A stretch of DNA of 40,024 bases from Zetaproteobacteria bacterium (GTDB lineage Bacteria; Bdellovibrionota_B; Oligoflexia; Oligoflexales; Bog-1112). Each line of letters opens with the position of its first letter. Position 1 is the stretch's first letter. A program made the position numbers and the translations under genes. Shown piece by piece: positions 17,700-26,636 of this stretch. The DNA is taken from positions 1-40,024 of the forward strand of contig JAPPOJ010000241.1 of NCBI GenBank assembly GCA_028817975.1, written 5' to 3'. The notes beneath the pieces were generated by a model. That model saw only the letters and a program-made list of their open reading frames with translations, had not been told where the DNA came from and did no database searches.

Positions 17700-20213
17700 G
17701 TGAAACGAAGTAAAGCGATACGTATTGTCGGCGCTGAAGAACACAATCTTAAAAATATTGATGTTGAATTTCAACGCGGAAAGATTACCACCGTGACTGG
17801 GGTCAGTGGCTCAGGGAAAAGCTCCCTGGTTTTTGATACACTCTTATCCGAGTCCCAACGGCGTTTTTTCTACACCTTATCTCATTACGCCCGCCAATTC
17901 CTTTCGGCGGATGAAAAACCCAAATTTTTGCGTATCGAAGGCCTTTCCCCGTCTATCGGGCTCGCACAAAATGAAACGCTGCTCTCCCGCCGCTCCAGCG
18001 TTGCCACCGAGTCCGATATCGGCGAACTTATGGGAGTTGCTTTTGCACGTTATGGCAACTACCTTTGTCCCACACACCAGCTCGATACCACCGCGCAAAG
18101 TATAGACAGCGTCATCAAACGCTTGATTCACGAGCAAGAAGGTAAAGTTATTGCAATCTGCGCGCAAATCATCGAAGAAAAGCGCGGCCACTACCGTAGC
18201 GAACTTGAGACCTTTGCCAAAAAAGGTTTCACCAAAGCACTCATTGACGGCAAGGTCACCCCGTTGACTCCCATTCCAGAACTCGACAAAAGTCGTAAAC
18301 ACTCGATCGCTTTGATTATTGACTATGTCAGCCTGACGGCAGCGAAAAAAAAGCGTATCCAACAAAGTATCGAAACCGCAATCCAAATCACCCCGGAAGA
18401 ATTTGCGATTGTGGAAGCCAAATCACCACAAGCATTCGAGCTGTCTTCATGGCTTAAAATCTCTTTGGCTTCCGGCTGTCCCCAGTGCGGCTACTCATGG
18501 ACCAAGCTCGATTCACGTCATTTTTCCCCGAACTCTCTAGGTAAATGCACCTACTGTTCAGGTCTTGGCAGTGCAGCCGACACAGGGGAGCACGACATCA
18601 AAGATCCCTACCAAAAATGCCCCCACTGCCAGGGGGTAGGACTGAAGCAGGATTTAGAGTCCGTGCGCTTGTCGGGTATAAGTATTTTTGATTGCTATCA
18701 AACGCCTATCGCCACAAACCTAAAATTCTGGAAGCAACTCGGACAAAAATCGAAAAGTAAACCCGCTTTGCTGCGGCTCTGCCACGAAATCATGGCTAAA
18801 ATGGCTCAAATGGGGGATATGGGGATCGACTACCTCTCCCTTTCCCGACGCCTGCCCACACTTTCCGGAGGTGAACTGCAAAGGTTAAAGCTTTCCTCAC
18901 TATTCTCAGACAACTTACATGGACTGATTTACGTTTTAGACGAGCCAAGCCAAGGATTACACACACAAGAAATCACCAAACTCATGGATAAGCTACGTCA
19001 ACTCGCTGACATGGGCAATACAGTGCTGATCGTCGACCATGACGAACTGGTCATGCAGATGAGCGATCAAATTCTTGAGCTTGGTCCCGAAGGTGGGCTG
19101 AAAGGTGGTCAGCTCATCGCACAGTTTCCTCCTCAAGCAGCCTCAAAGTGGGCGCGCAAAAGTTTAACGGCCCGTTACTTGCATGAGTACATGACCCAAG
19201 GCACCCGCACCACACGCAGCAAATGCCCCCTGCCGAAAGAAGATGCGGATAACTGGATTTGCCTCACCGAACTCAAATTAAACTGTTTAAAGATACCCCG
19301 TGTCGCTTTTAAGCGCCACGCCTTAAACGTGGTCACGGGAGTCTCAGGGGCAGGCAAGTCTTCCCTCGTGTTTGGCTCCTTACTCCCCACCCTCAAAGCC
19401 TGCAAAGATGGTCAACTGGAGACCTTTTTCACGACCCATGCAACGATTGCCCGCTCTATCTCCACACTCCCGACCCAAACCACCATTGATGCCATCGATC
19501 GCCGCCCCATGGGGCGCAGTCGACTCAGTATGCCCGTAACTTATTTAGGAGCCTATACCGCAATCCGCGAACTCTACGCTTCTCTTCCGGAAGCCCAAAT
19601 CATGGGCATCACCGCCAAGGACCTATCCCTCCTCAGTAAAGGAGGGCGCTGCGAAGACTGCAAAGGACGTGGCTACATCGAACTGAGTATGAAATTTCTC
19701 TCCGATGCTAAAGTCACCTGTACATCCTGCTTAGGCATGCGCTTTGGGATGATGGTGCTACAGCTCAAATATCTCAACAAAAATCTGAATGATGTACTCA
19801 ATATGACGATCCGGGAAGCCGCAGAGGTATTTGCCAAACACCCAAGTATCTGCCGCAAACTCCAACCGGCAATCGACTTAGGCCTGGGTTACCTGCAACT
19901 CGGCCAACCGGTCATCACCCTCTCGGGGGGGGAAGCTCAACGCATCCGCCTTGCCCCATACTTCGCGAAAAAGAAAGATGAGCATGCGATTATCCTCATG
20001 GATGAGCCAACCCAAGGACTACACTCCCAAGATGTAGATGTGTTAATCCATAACCTACGTAACCTCACCGCGAAAGGGATCACCATTGTGGTAATCGAAC
20101 ACCATCCTGCACTGGAACAAGCTGCCGACTGGATTTTAGAACTAGGTCCCGGAGCAGGCAGCCAAGGAGGCAAACTCGTCTGGCAGGGAATGAATGCTCC
20201 AACAAAGACCTAA
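17700..20213 (+). CDS. UvrA-family ABC ATPase (short paralogue, 837 aa).
   Basis: Two ABC modules: GVSGSGKSSLVFDTL with LSGGELQRLKL, and GVSGAGKSSLVFGSL with LSGGEAQRIRL. Zn modules: CPTH...CPQCG, CTYCSGLG...CPHCQGVG, CEDCKGRG...CTSCLG. The start lies 56 nt after the folB stop, with AAAGGAAA upstream. Confidence 0.85.
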   Translation: MKRSKAIRIVGAEEHNLKNIDVEFQRGKITTVTGVSGSGKSSLVFDTLLSESQRRFFYTLSHYARQFLSADEKPKFLRIEGLSPSIGLAQNETLLSRRSSVATESDIGELMGVAFARYGNYLCPTHQLDTTAQSIDSVIKRLIHEQEGKVIAICAQIIEEKRGHYRSELETFAKKGFTKALIDGKVTPLTPIPELDKSRKHSIALIIDYVSLTAAKKKRIQQSIETAIQITPEEFAIVEAKSPQAFELSSWLKISLASGCPQCGYSWTKLDSRHFSPNSLGKCTYCSGLGSAADTGEHDIKDPYQKCPHCQGVGLKQDLESVRLSGISIFDCYQTPIATNLKFWKQLGQKSKSKPALLRLCHEIMAKMAQMGDMGIDYLSLSRRLPTLSGGELQRLKLSSLFSDNLHGLIYVLDEPSQGLHTQEITKLMDKLRQLADMGNTVLIVDHDELVMQMSDQILELGPEGGLKGGQLIAQFPPQAASKWARKSLTARYLHEYMTQGTRTTRSKCPLPKEDADNWICLTELKLNCLKIPRVAFKRHALNVVTGVSGAGKSSLVFGSLLPTLKACKDGQLETFFTTHATIARSISTLPTQTTIDAIDRRPMGRSRLSMPVTYLGAYTAIRELYASLPEAQIMGITAKDLSLLSKGGRCEDCKGRGYIELSMKFLSDAKVTCTSCLGMRFGMMVLQLKYLNKNLNDVLNMTIREAAEVFAKHPSICRKLQPAIDLGLGYLQLGQPVITLSGGEAQRIRLAPYFAKKKDEHAIILMDEPTQGLHSQDVDVLIHNLRNLTAKGITIVVIEHHPALEQAADWILELGPGAGSQGGKLVWQGMNAPTKT

Positions 20214-20379
20214 CCTTTTACACTTCTAACCTGCCTAGTCACGTCCCCCTCATTTTCATCTACAATGATTGCTGAGTAGCCAACTGAATGTCGCAAGGTC
20301 AGCACCTTGCCAGGGATGAAGGCACACGCTTTCACTCTTGCATTTTTTTGAAACTAACGTCATCCAAAGGAGGCTCAGG

Positions 20380-21447
20380 TTGCGTTCACCAGGCGAAAAG
20401 GTCTTTCTTATTTTCTTTTTTCCGACGGTTATCGGATTTTACCTCATCTACAAATATCCCCTGTGGTTTGTCGCCGCAGACGAGGTCGAGAGTTCATTCT
20501 ACTGGTTGGGTAAATCTACCAGCTTTTGGTATAACACCGTATACAGCGGTCTCGTATGTTTTATCTCAGCTCGGGTCATCCTCTCGAATAAAACTCCCTA
20601 TGGCAAAAACAAACAAGCGCCTCTGAGTAGCTATCAGAAAAAAAAGTTTACCAGTATTTTCTTTGCTCAACTGATTTTTTTCTACCTCATTCCCTTCTAT
20701 CTGCCCTACCTCTTCAACGATAAAAACTTCTTCCAAGACACCTACGCTCCCTTAAATAAAAATGCATATGTCTATGTCTACAACGGTTTCACCTCCCTGA
20801 GTGGCTTTCTATACGTGTTTATCGTCGTCCCGATTTCCGTATGGTTCTTAGGCAAACGTTATTGCTCCTGGTTCTGCGCATGTGGCAACTTGGCCGAAGC
20901 CATTGGAGTCACCAAACTCGGCAACAAATGGGTGACGCAACATACCCCCCGAGGACAAACCTCGCTCAAGCTCGAAAAACTCCAGTATGCTTTTCTCGTT
21001 TTTGCGATCTTCTTTGGCCTGTTGCTTTTCTTTGATACGTGGAAAATTGTCACCGCACCGAACCTCGTGCAGTCTGTCCGTGAGGTACAAGATTTTGCTG
21101 TAGACCTAATGTTTGGGGCACTGATTGGAGTGGGTGCCTACCCGCTGCTAGGTACACGGATTTGGTGCCGCTACGGCTGTCCACTGGCTGGGGGTATGCG
21201 TCTCTTCGGCAAATTTTCCAAATCACGCTTTAAAGTCGTCGCCAATAAAGGCTGCAAAGGTCTCAACCTATGCAGCACACAGTGCCCTATGGGCATCGAT
21301 GTCGCCAGCTACGCCCATGAAAATAAGGTCCCCACGCAAGGGAGCTTCGGGCTGCAGAACTCTCCCTGCATTGGCTGCGGCGGATGCGTCGATATCTGCC
21401 CTGTCAAAGCCTTGTCTTTTCAAAAAGTTCTCAACCCCACGCCATAA
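20380..21447 (+). CDS. NapH/MauN-like integral-membrane polyferredoxin (4Fe-4S binding).
   Basis: Several TM helices. Cys motifs YCSWFCACG and IWCRYGCPLAG, plus two ferredoxin motifs, CKGLNLCSTQCPMG and CIGCGGCVDICPV. The TTG at 20380 is preceded by AAAGGAGG with a 6-nt spacer. The track start at 20338 is less likely. Confidence 0.7.
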   Translation: MRSPGEKVFLIFFFPTVIGFYLIYKYPLWFVAADEVESSFYWLGKSTSFWYNTVYSGLVCFISARVILSNKTPYGKNKQAPLSSYQKKKFTSIFFAQLIFFYLIPFYLPYLFNDKNFFQDTYAPLNKNAYVYVYNGFTSLSGFLYVFIVVPISVWFLGKRYCSWFCACGNLAEAIGVTKLGNKWVTQHTPRGQTSLKLEKLQYAFLVFAIFFGLLLFFDTWKIVTAPNLVQSVREVQDFAVDLMFGALIGVGAYPLLGTRIWCRYGCPLAGGMRLFGKFSKSRFKVVANKGCKGLNLCSTQCPMGIDVASYAHENKVPTQGSFGLQNSPCIGCGGCVDICPVKALSFQKVLNPTP

Positions 21448-21457
21448 GGTACATCGC

Positions 21458-22636
21458 ATGGAAGCAACCACCCCATACCAAGGCCTGTTCTATCTCTCTT
21501 TGGGATTTAGTGCGTTTTCCTTTTTACTGCTCGGTTTTCGTATCATGAGCAATGAACTCGCCCAGCAAGAAAGCCAAACTACGGAGTTTTCGGACGCGTG
21601 GCATCACAAAGAACCACTCGAAATCATCGAAATCATCGAAGAAACCCATGATATTCGTTCTATACGCTTTAAGAGAATGGACGACAAAAAAATACCGCTC
21701 TTTTCTCCGGGTCAGTTCTTAAGCTTTCAAATAGGTGACAACCCCAAACTACTACGCTCCTATTCCATCTCGACCCCATCCACAAGCCACGAGACGATTC
21801 AAGTCTCGGTTAAAAAACTCAACGGTGGGGTAGGTTCCAACTGGTTTCATAAACTCGAAGTGGGTCAAAAAGTTTTTGCTTATCCACCCTCGGGGCTATT
21901 TACCGACGATAAGCTGGGAGAAGGCGAACGCGTCTACATTGCGGGAGGTATCGGGATCACTCCCATGGTATCGATGATCCTGAGCAATATCGAAAAGGTA
22001 CTTAAGTGTCGTATGTCACTTTTCTATGGGATGCGCTCCGAGCAGGATCTCGCCTTTCATGACTTATTCCACTACCTCTCCAAACGTTACCCACAGTTTT
22101 CTTATTACCCCATCCTTTCTCAAGCCCCCCAAGATTGGCGAGGAGACCAAGGGCATATTGACCTCAAATGGATACAAAGCAAAATCAACCTAACCGAGGA
22201 TACCCACATCTTTATGTGTGGCCCCAGTGGCATGACCACCACTCTCGAAGACCAGCTCGAAGCAAGTGGCTTTAGTTTGGAGCGTGTGCATGCCGAGAAA
22301 TTCGCCTCCCCAGTAGAGTTCGACCGCGAGAGCATCCCGCAACAAAGCGTGACGCTGTCCTGGGATGGAACCGAACACGCCTATTCGGGCAAACAAACTC
22401 TCCTAGAGTTTTTCGAAGAAAAATCCATACCGATTCCCTACGCCTGCCGCGTAGGAGTCTGTGGCACGTGCAAGTGCAAGGCAGAAGGGCAAGCCCATCA
22501 GATTACCGACGCCGGCTTAACCACTTACGAGAAGCGTGCAGGAATGATTCTGACCTGTGTCAGCTTTCCTCTCAGCGACATGCAGCTCCACAGCGTCGAC
22601 ACATCCTCTGATAAGCATCAGACCAAGCCGGCATGA
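21458..22636 (+). CDS. Membrane-anchored FNR-family oxidoreductase with a C-terminal plant-type 2Fe-2S ferredoxin domain.
   Basis: ATG at 21458 (MEATTPYQGLFYLSLGFSAFSFLLLGF is the TM anchor). FAD motif RSYSIS, NAD motif GGIGITPM, CGPSGM, and 2Fe-2S motif CRVGVCGTCKC...LTCVS. The track start at 21299 overlaps the upstream gene by 150 nt and is rejected. Confidence 0.8.
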   Translation: MEATTPYQGLFYLSLGFSAFSFLLLGFRIMSNELAQQESQTTEFSDAWHHKEPLEIIEIIEETHDIRSIRFKRMDDKKIPLFSPGQFLSFQIGDNPKLLRSYSISTPSTSHETIQVSVKKLNGGVGSNWFHKLEVGQKVFAYPPSGLFTDDKLGEGERVYIAGGIGITPMVSMILSNIEKVLKCRMSLFYGMRSEQDLAFHDLFHYLSKRYPQFSYYPILSQAPQDWRGDQGHIDLKWIQSKINLTEDTHIFMCGPSGMTTTLEDQLEASGFSLERVHAEKFASPVEFDRESIPQQSVTLSWDGTEHAYSGKQTLLEFFEEKSIPIPYACRVGVCGTCKCKAEGQAHQITDAGLTTYEKRAGMILTCVSFPLSDMQLHSVDTSSDKHQTKPA

Positions 22637-22656
22637 CAGCGCGACATACGTTTAGC

Positions 22657-25563
22657 TTAAAGAGTCGGCTGCTGTGACTTGTACTTCACAGCGTCCTCCA
22701 CCCAATGCAAGGCCTGATCGGTCTGGGTTGTATTATAGCCTTTTTTACCCAAGTATACGGAAACCGAGCGAGAGGTCTGTGGCTGAAACATTTTTTCATA
22801 GAGGGCAATCACTTGAGCTAACGTCAACTCTTCCACCTGTACCGCAACCTCTTCTTGATACCCCAAGTGACCTTTCATGGAGAGGGTCTCATACACTAAA
22901 GACTGATGTTTTTCAGCCATCGTCTTTTCCTGTTCACGCAACTCCGTCGCAGTGGCTTTCTTAACCTGCGCCAAGAGTTCTTCAGGAGTTGCCTTAAGCT
23001 GGCCAATTGCCTGTTTTTTCCACTCTTGCACCCGCCCTGCGAGCACCCCAGGTGCATACTCGGAAGACTGAATCAAAAAGAGCATAGAGACCGTCTTTTC
23101 CGTGGGACGAGGGCTGGAATGCACCACATATCCTAATTGCTGTTTGGTACGCAACTCCGAAAAGAAGCTTGTTTTCAACAACGCATGGCCCACAAGCAGG
23201 GCCGCGCTCAAGGAAGGATTTTTTTCTCCCAACAAAATCTGCTCTGCCCAACAGTGATTGGGAGTAAAGCCCTCTAACGCACGCGCAGCATGTTGTCCCT
23301 CTGCAGGAAACACATACTCATTTTCGGGCACCAGCTTGACACTCAAGGGTTGCGCATCCAAGAGCTGAGGCAACGCCGCGATCACAGAGCCAAGAGATTC
23401 CGGCTGCATACTCCCGTAAACAGCTGCTTCCACACGGAACATCTTGTAGAGTTCATTCCGTGCAAAGCTTTTCACGTCCCGAATATCCACCGCCGTGATT
23501 AAGTCGACTTGCTTTTCCGGTGCATAGATTTCATCACGATGAATCTTATTTTTATCGACAAGAAAACTCATCTCGTACATACCGACTTGATAAGCATTTT
23601 CTAGATTCGCATTTGCTAAGTCGCGCTTAAACTGAGTTTTTAAAGCGCGGAAATGATCGGGATCTAAATCCACATCACGTAGTCGTTTGGTTAATTCTCG
23701 CAAGAAGTCCGGCATTTTTTCCGCATAACCAAACAGGTCAATCACCAAACCACGGTCATCACGCCCCACCGAAAAGTGTAAGCCCGCCAACATGGCCGTA
23801 TAATTCCACTCGTTCAGCGCCTCGGCCAACGCAAGCGAGTACAGTAAAGATAGTGCCTTGTTGGCAGCACTCGAATTGACAACAGGGGTGAGCAAATGGA
23901 TTTGGGCGTATGCTTTCGGAACTTTAAAACGGTCATCTTGTTGAAACCAATAGACTACTTGATCTTGGTCGATGATTTTCTGCGGCTGAGTCGCGTTCTT
24001 CGCCGTGAGTAACTCCAGTTTTTCTGGAATAAACGGATTCGGCTTGGGCAAAGTCAATCCATGGGGCAACTTCGCCTGACGCCACTGGTTCACCAGAGGT
24101 TGAGCCAATTTTTCCGTCCGATACGGAGTTCCATAATAACGTTCGGTCAAGTCCGTGGCTGCACTCTTATGCGAGAGAAAGTACATCGCATTTTCAGGTA
24201 CAAGCTCGGCTAACAGCGCCTGGATCTGGGTACGATCGAAGCGATAGTAAAGTTCATTGGCACGGTCAATTTCCAAAGCAGGTACACGGTGCATCTGACG
24301 GGCATATTGCGAAGTTACGTAGGCACCTTCCCGGAATTCACGAAAGGTAAAGTTAATTTCTGCCATGCGCTGACGTTCGGTAAACACATACTCAGGAAAG
24401 CCTTGCTCACGCATATGCGCAATATACGCATGGATGGTTTCTGCAACTTGCTGCCAGTGTTGCAAACCTTTATCCGTCAGCTGCACCTCCAAGTACAGGC
24501 TCGTCGAATAGCTGGCATCATCCGTACCCACTCCTAGTCCTGTGGCCAAATTTTGCGCTTTCAAGTAAGACAAAATAGAACCTTCACCCTCAAACCCTAG
24601 GACCGTCGAAATAAGGTCTAAAGACTTGTGCTGCCAATCTTTTTCTTGGGAAGGCAGTGCGTACATCACATTAAGCTTTTTGAGATCTTTGACCGGTTTG
24701 ATTTCCACAAGCAAAGGCAGCTGTGCAGCTGCAAAAGGATCTTGCGGATACTGGGGCTTCACCGCCTGTTGGTTTTTGACCGCGACAAACTTCGCCCGGA
24801 CCCACTGCTCCATGTCTGCCAGCGAATGCTTGGACATCAGCGCCAACTTCATCTGGTTCGCCGAGTAATAGCGGTTATAAAAGTCCACCAAGACCTTACG
24901 ATCCACATTACCCAAAGTTTTTAAATCACCGGTAGAAAACTTCCGTCGTGGATGGCCTTCCCGGTGGAGCGAGCGGCGCAGCATCATTTCACGCCAGTCG
25001 TCATTTTCAATGTTCTTTTGATGCTCCGAGTGCACGGCATTCCGTTCACGTTCGGTAAACTGGGCATCAAACGTAGGAGAAATAAAAAATTGCGCAAAAC
25101 GGTCCAAAGCACCTTCAAAACCGTCATGATTCACTTCAAAAAGATAGTTGGTATCTTCCGATGCCGTGTAAGCATTCGAATACCCCTGATGCGTCGCCAA
25201 AAACTCGCTATATTCGTCGACCGAAGGATACTTCTCTGTACCTAAAAAGAGCATATGCTCCAAAAAGTGCGCCAGTCCTAAATGCTCTTCAGGGTCATCT
25301 AAACTACCCACAGCCACATCCATGCTTGCAGATGACTTATTCAAACTCGGCTCATGTATTAATAAAACTTCTAAGTCATTGGCGAGCTTAAAAGCTTTCA
25401 TTTCACGCTGATCGTTAGGGTTTTGGATATGACTACTGTCCAAAATCGTGCCTCCTTGAGAATACGGATTTGATGACAAAGATTCGTCGAGAGTACTGCA
25501 TCCATTGGACAAGGTCACCAAACAGCAGAATAACCCATATGAACAAACAAGCCATCGGCGCAT
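22657..25563 (-). CDS. M16-family (insulinase/pitrilysin-like) zinc peptidase, probable lipoprotein.
   Basis: 968 aa with the inverted zinc motif HFLEHMLFLGTEKYP (HxxEH). The N-terminus LVTLSNGCS resembles a lipobox. Confidence 0.85.
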   Translation of the reverse strand: MRRWLVCSYGLFCCLVTLSNGCSTLDESLSSNPYSQGGTILDSSHIQNPNDQREMKAFKLANDLEVLLIHEPSLNKSSASMDVAVGSLDDPEEHLGLAHFLEHMLFLGTEKYPSVDEYSEFLATHQGYSNAYTASEDTNYLFEVNHDGFEGALDRFAQFFISPTFDAQFTERERNAVHSEHQKNIENDDWREMMLRRSLHREGHPRRKFSTGDLKTLGNVDRKVLVDFYNRYYSANQMKLALMSKHSLADMEQWVRAKFVAVKNQQAVKPQYPQDPFAAAQLPLLVEIKPVKDLKKLNVMYALPSQEKDWQHKSLDLISTVLGFEGEGSILSYLKAQNLATGLGVGTDDASYSTSLYLEVQLTDKGLQHWQQVAETIHAYIAHMREQGFPEYVFTERQRMAEINFTFREFREGAYVTSQYARQMHRVPALEIDRANELYYRFDRTQIQALLAELVPENAMYFLSHKSAATDLTERYYGTPYRTEKLAQPLVNQWRQAKLPHGLTLPKPNPFIPEKLELLTAKNATQPQKIIDQDQVVYWFQQDDRFKVPKAYAQIHLLTPVVNSSAANKALSLLYSLALAEALNEWNYTAMLAGLHFSVGRDDRGLVIDLFGYAEKMPDFLRELTKRLRDVDLDPDHFRALKTQFKRDLANANLENAYQVGMYEMSFLVDKNKIHRDEIYAPEKQVDLITAVDIRDVKSFARNELYKMFRVEAAVYGSMQPESLGSVIAALPQLLDAQPLSVKLVPENEYVFPAEGQHAARALEGFTPNHCWAEQILLGEKNPSLSAALLVGHALLKTSFFSELRTKQQLGYVVHSSPRPTEKTVSMLFLIQSSEYAPGVLAGRVQEWKKQAIGQLKATPEELLAQVKKATATELREQEKTMAEKHQSLVYETLSMKGHLGYQEEVAVQVEELTLAQVIALYEKMFQPQTSRSVSVYLGKKGYNTTQTDQALHWVEDAVKYKSQQPTL

Positions 25564-25773
25564 AAATACTCCAATTCTTTTTTAAATCAACAGTGAACCA
25601 TTCTAAACCAGAATCCGATGCGAGAGTACGAGTACTTCGAGTCAAACATCGTACCTTTTTTTTTCCTATATGTCGATTTTTGTATTTTCACTTTTTTCCA
25701 CTTGGAAAATAAAGTGTTAGTCACTATTGTAAACCAAAAAATAGCCGCGCTGAACATCCATCAGGTATTTACA

Positions 25774-25802
25774 TTGACATTCATACAATATTGTTGTAAG
25801 TT
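25774..25802 (+). promoter_or_regulatory. Candidate sigma70 promoter driving the structured RNA at 25809.
   Basis: Perfect -35 TTGACA (25774-25779), a 17-nt spacer, and -10 TAAGTT (25797-25802). The predicted TSS, about 7 nt downstream, is G25809, which is the first paired base of the terminal helix. Confidence 0.5.
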
Positions 25803-25808
25803 GGATAC

Positions 25809-25995
25809 GCAGTCTGATCGCTCCAATTGGAGAACCGATGCTTAAAAAAGAGGGAGCTAGACGCGGGTTCGGTGCGCAAGCCTTCCCAAGAGCAGCTTCA
25901 CGTCAAGCTGTCACGGTTAGAGGGAAGCCTAAAGAACTCTCCGAGGCACCCACCTAGTGAATTGGGTTCTCCCAGTTCTAGAGCCTTCAGGCTGC
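25809..25995 (+). ncRNA. Candidate structured small RNA of about 187 nt with a rod-like, 6S (SsrS)-like architecture. Identity not established.
   Basis: The 5' arm (25809-25836) pairs with the 3' arm (25965-25995): GCAGUCUGA/UCAGGCUGC, GCUC/GAGC, AAUU/AGUU, GGAGAACC/GGUUCUCC. Nested inner helices are GGUGC/GCACC (25871-75/25946-50), CUUCCC/GGGAAG (25882-87/25922-27) and GCAGCUU/AAGCUGU (25892-98/25905-11, 6-nt loop). Three G-U pairs would be A-C mismatches on the other strand, which favours the + strand. A large asymmetric internal loop (34 nt vs 14 nt) separates the terminal helix from the inner helices. Confidence 0.45.
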
Positions 25996-26610
25996 CTGCA
26001 CCCAAGAAAAAACGTCTTTTTCAAACGACAAAAAGAGGCTACCTTCCATATCTTGTAAGTAACGATAGAACTCTGCCCCACCTCCAAGACGCTCAAGTTC
26101 ACGGTCAATTTCCCGCAGATGCGAGGCTTCTTCCCGGATCAACCATTGTAAAGAAAACAAGCCCCGAGCTTTCAAGACTTGATGGTAAATTTGATAAAGT
26201 TGTACCGCACGCACTTCCACAAGCTTCGTCACCCACAAATAACACTGCGACTTCCACACCGACTCATGCACTTCACCACGCATCCACGCAGCTTTAACCG
26301 CTCGGGTGACCCCAGCGTCCAATAAATGCAAATACCGCCGTAAATAGTGATAACGACGCTGGGGTAGACTTTGAGACACGCCAAGTTCCCTGGCACGCGA
26401 CATAAAGAAAAACGCATGGCGAAACTCCTCCGCCGCGTGTTGCAGATGTTCGACTTCAGGGGACCACTGAGGTAAAAAAGCTGCGATCTTCGCCGCGCCG
26501 ACATACTCCAGCTGTCCCAACGTCGACAACCAACGATGATGCAACACAGGACTTGCAACGATCTGCTCTAGACACTTGTACCATTGGCTTTGTTCCACCA
26601 TGAACCCCAT
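25987..26610 (-). CDS. Ferritin-like di-iron carboxylate protein, function unknown.
   Basis: 207 aa, predicted all-helical. Two ExxH motifs (AAEEFRHA and REEASHLRE) are each preceded by a lone Glu in a helix (LEYVGAAK, LVEVRAVQ). This is the E...ExxH...E...ExxH di-iron pattern. Confidence 0.55.
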   Translation of the reverse strand: MGFMVEQSQWYKCLEQIVASPVLHHRWLSTLGQLEYVGAAKIAAFLPQWSPEVEHLQHAAEEFRHAFFFMSRARELGVSQSLPQRRYHYLRRYLHLLDAGVTRAVKAAWMRGEVHESVWKSQCYLWVTKLVEVRAVQLYQIYHQVLKARGLFSLQWLIREEASHLREIDRELERLGGGAEFYRYLQDMEGSLFLSFEKDVFSWVQAA

Positions 26611-26636
26611 TCTCTTTTAAGATCAAACAGCAGATA

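Noticed and set aside
21299-21457. Long N-terminal extension of the FNR-like ORF overlapping the polyferredoxin gene by about 150 nt.
   Set aside because: The extension is an out-of-frame read-through of the upstream gene's 3' end. The ATG at 21458 gives a sensible TM anchor and follows the upstream stop by 10 nt.
25626-25664. Hairpin GTACGA-N17-TCGTAC followed by T9 on the + strand in the AT-rich region upstream of the M16 peptidase gene. I considered it as a terminator.
   Set aside because: The stem is only 6 bp with a 17-nt loop, and there is no + strand transcription unit upstream to terminate. The A/T tract is more simply explained as part of the AT-rich promoter or UP-element region for the minus-strand peptidase gene.
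25809-25995. Alternative identities for the structured RNA: SRP (4.5S) RNA, tmRNA, RNase P RNA, or a riboswitch (c-di-GMP-I, Moco, glycine, cobalamin, fluoride).
   Set aside because: There is no SRP domain IV motif (GGAA tetraloop with a flanking AGCAGC symmetric loop), no tmRNA or RNase P conserved blocks, and no match to the riboswitch cores I can recall. There is also no downstream + strand gene for a cis-regulator. Only cmsearch can settle this.
25618-26297. + strand ORFs 25618-25845 (75 aa) and 25827-26297 (156 aa).
   Set aside because: The first derives from an AT-rich promoter-like tract and has no SD. The second runs through the structured RNA and antisense to the ferritin-like CDS, and is Pro/Ser/Arg-rich. 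Neither looks coding.
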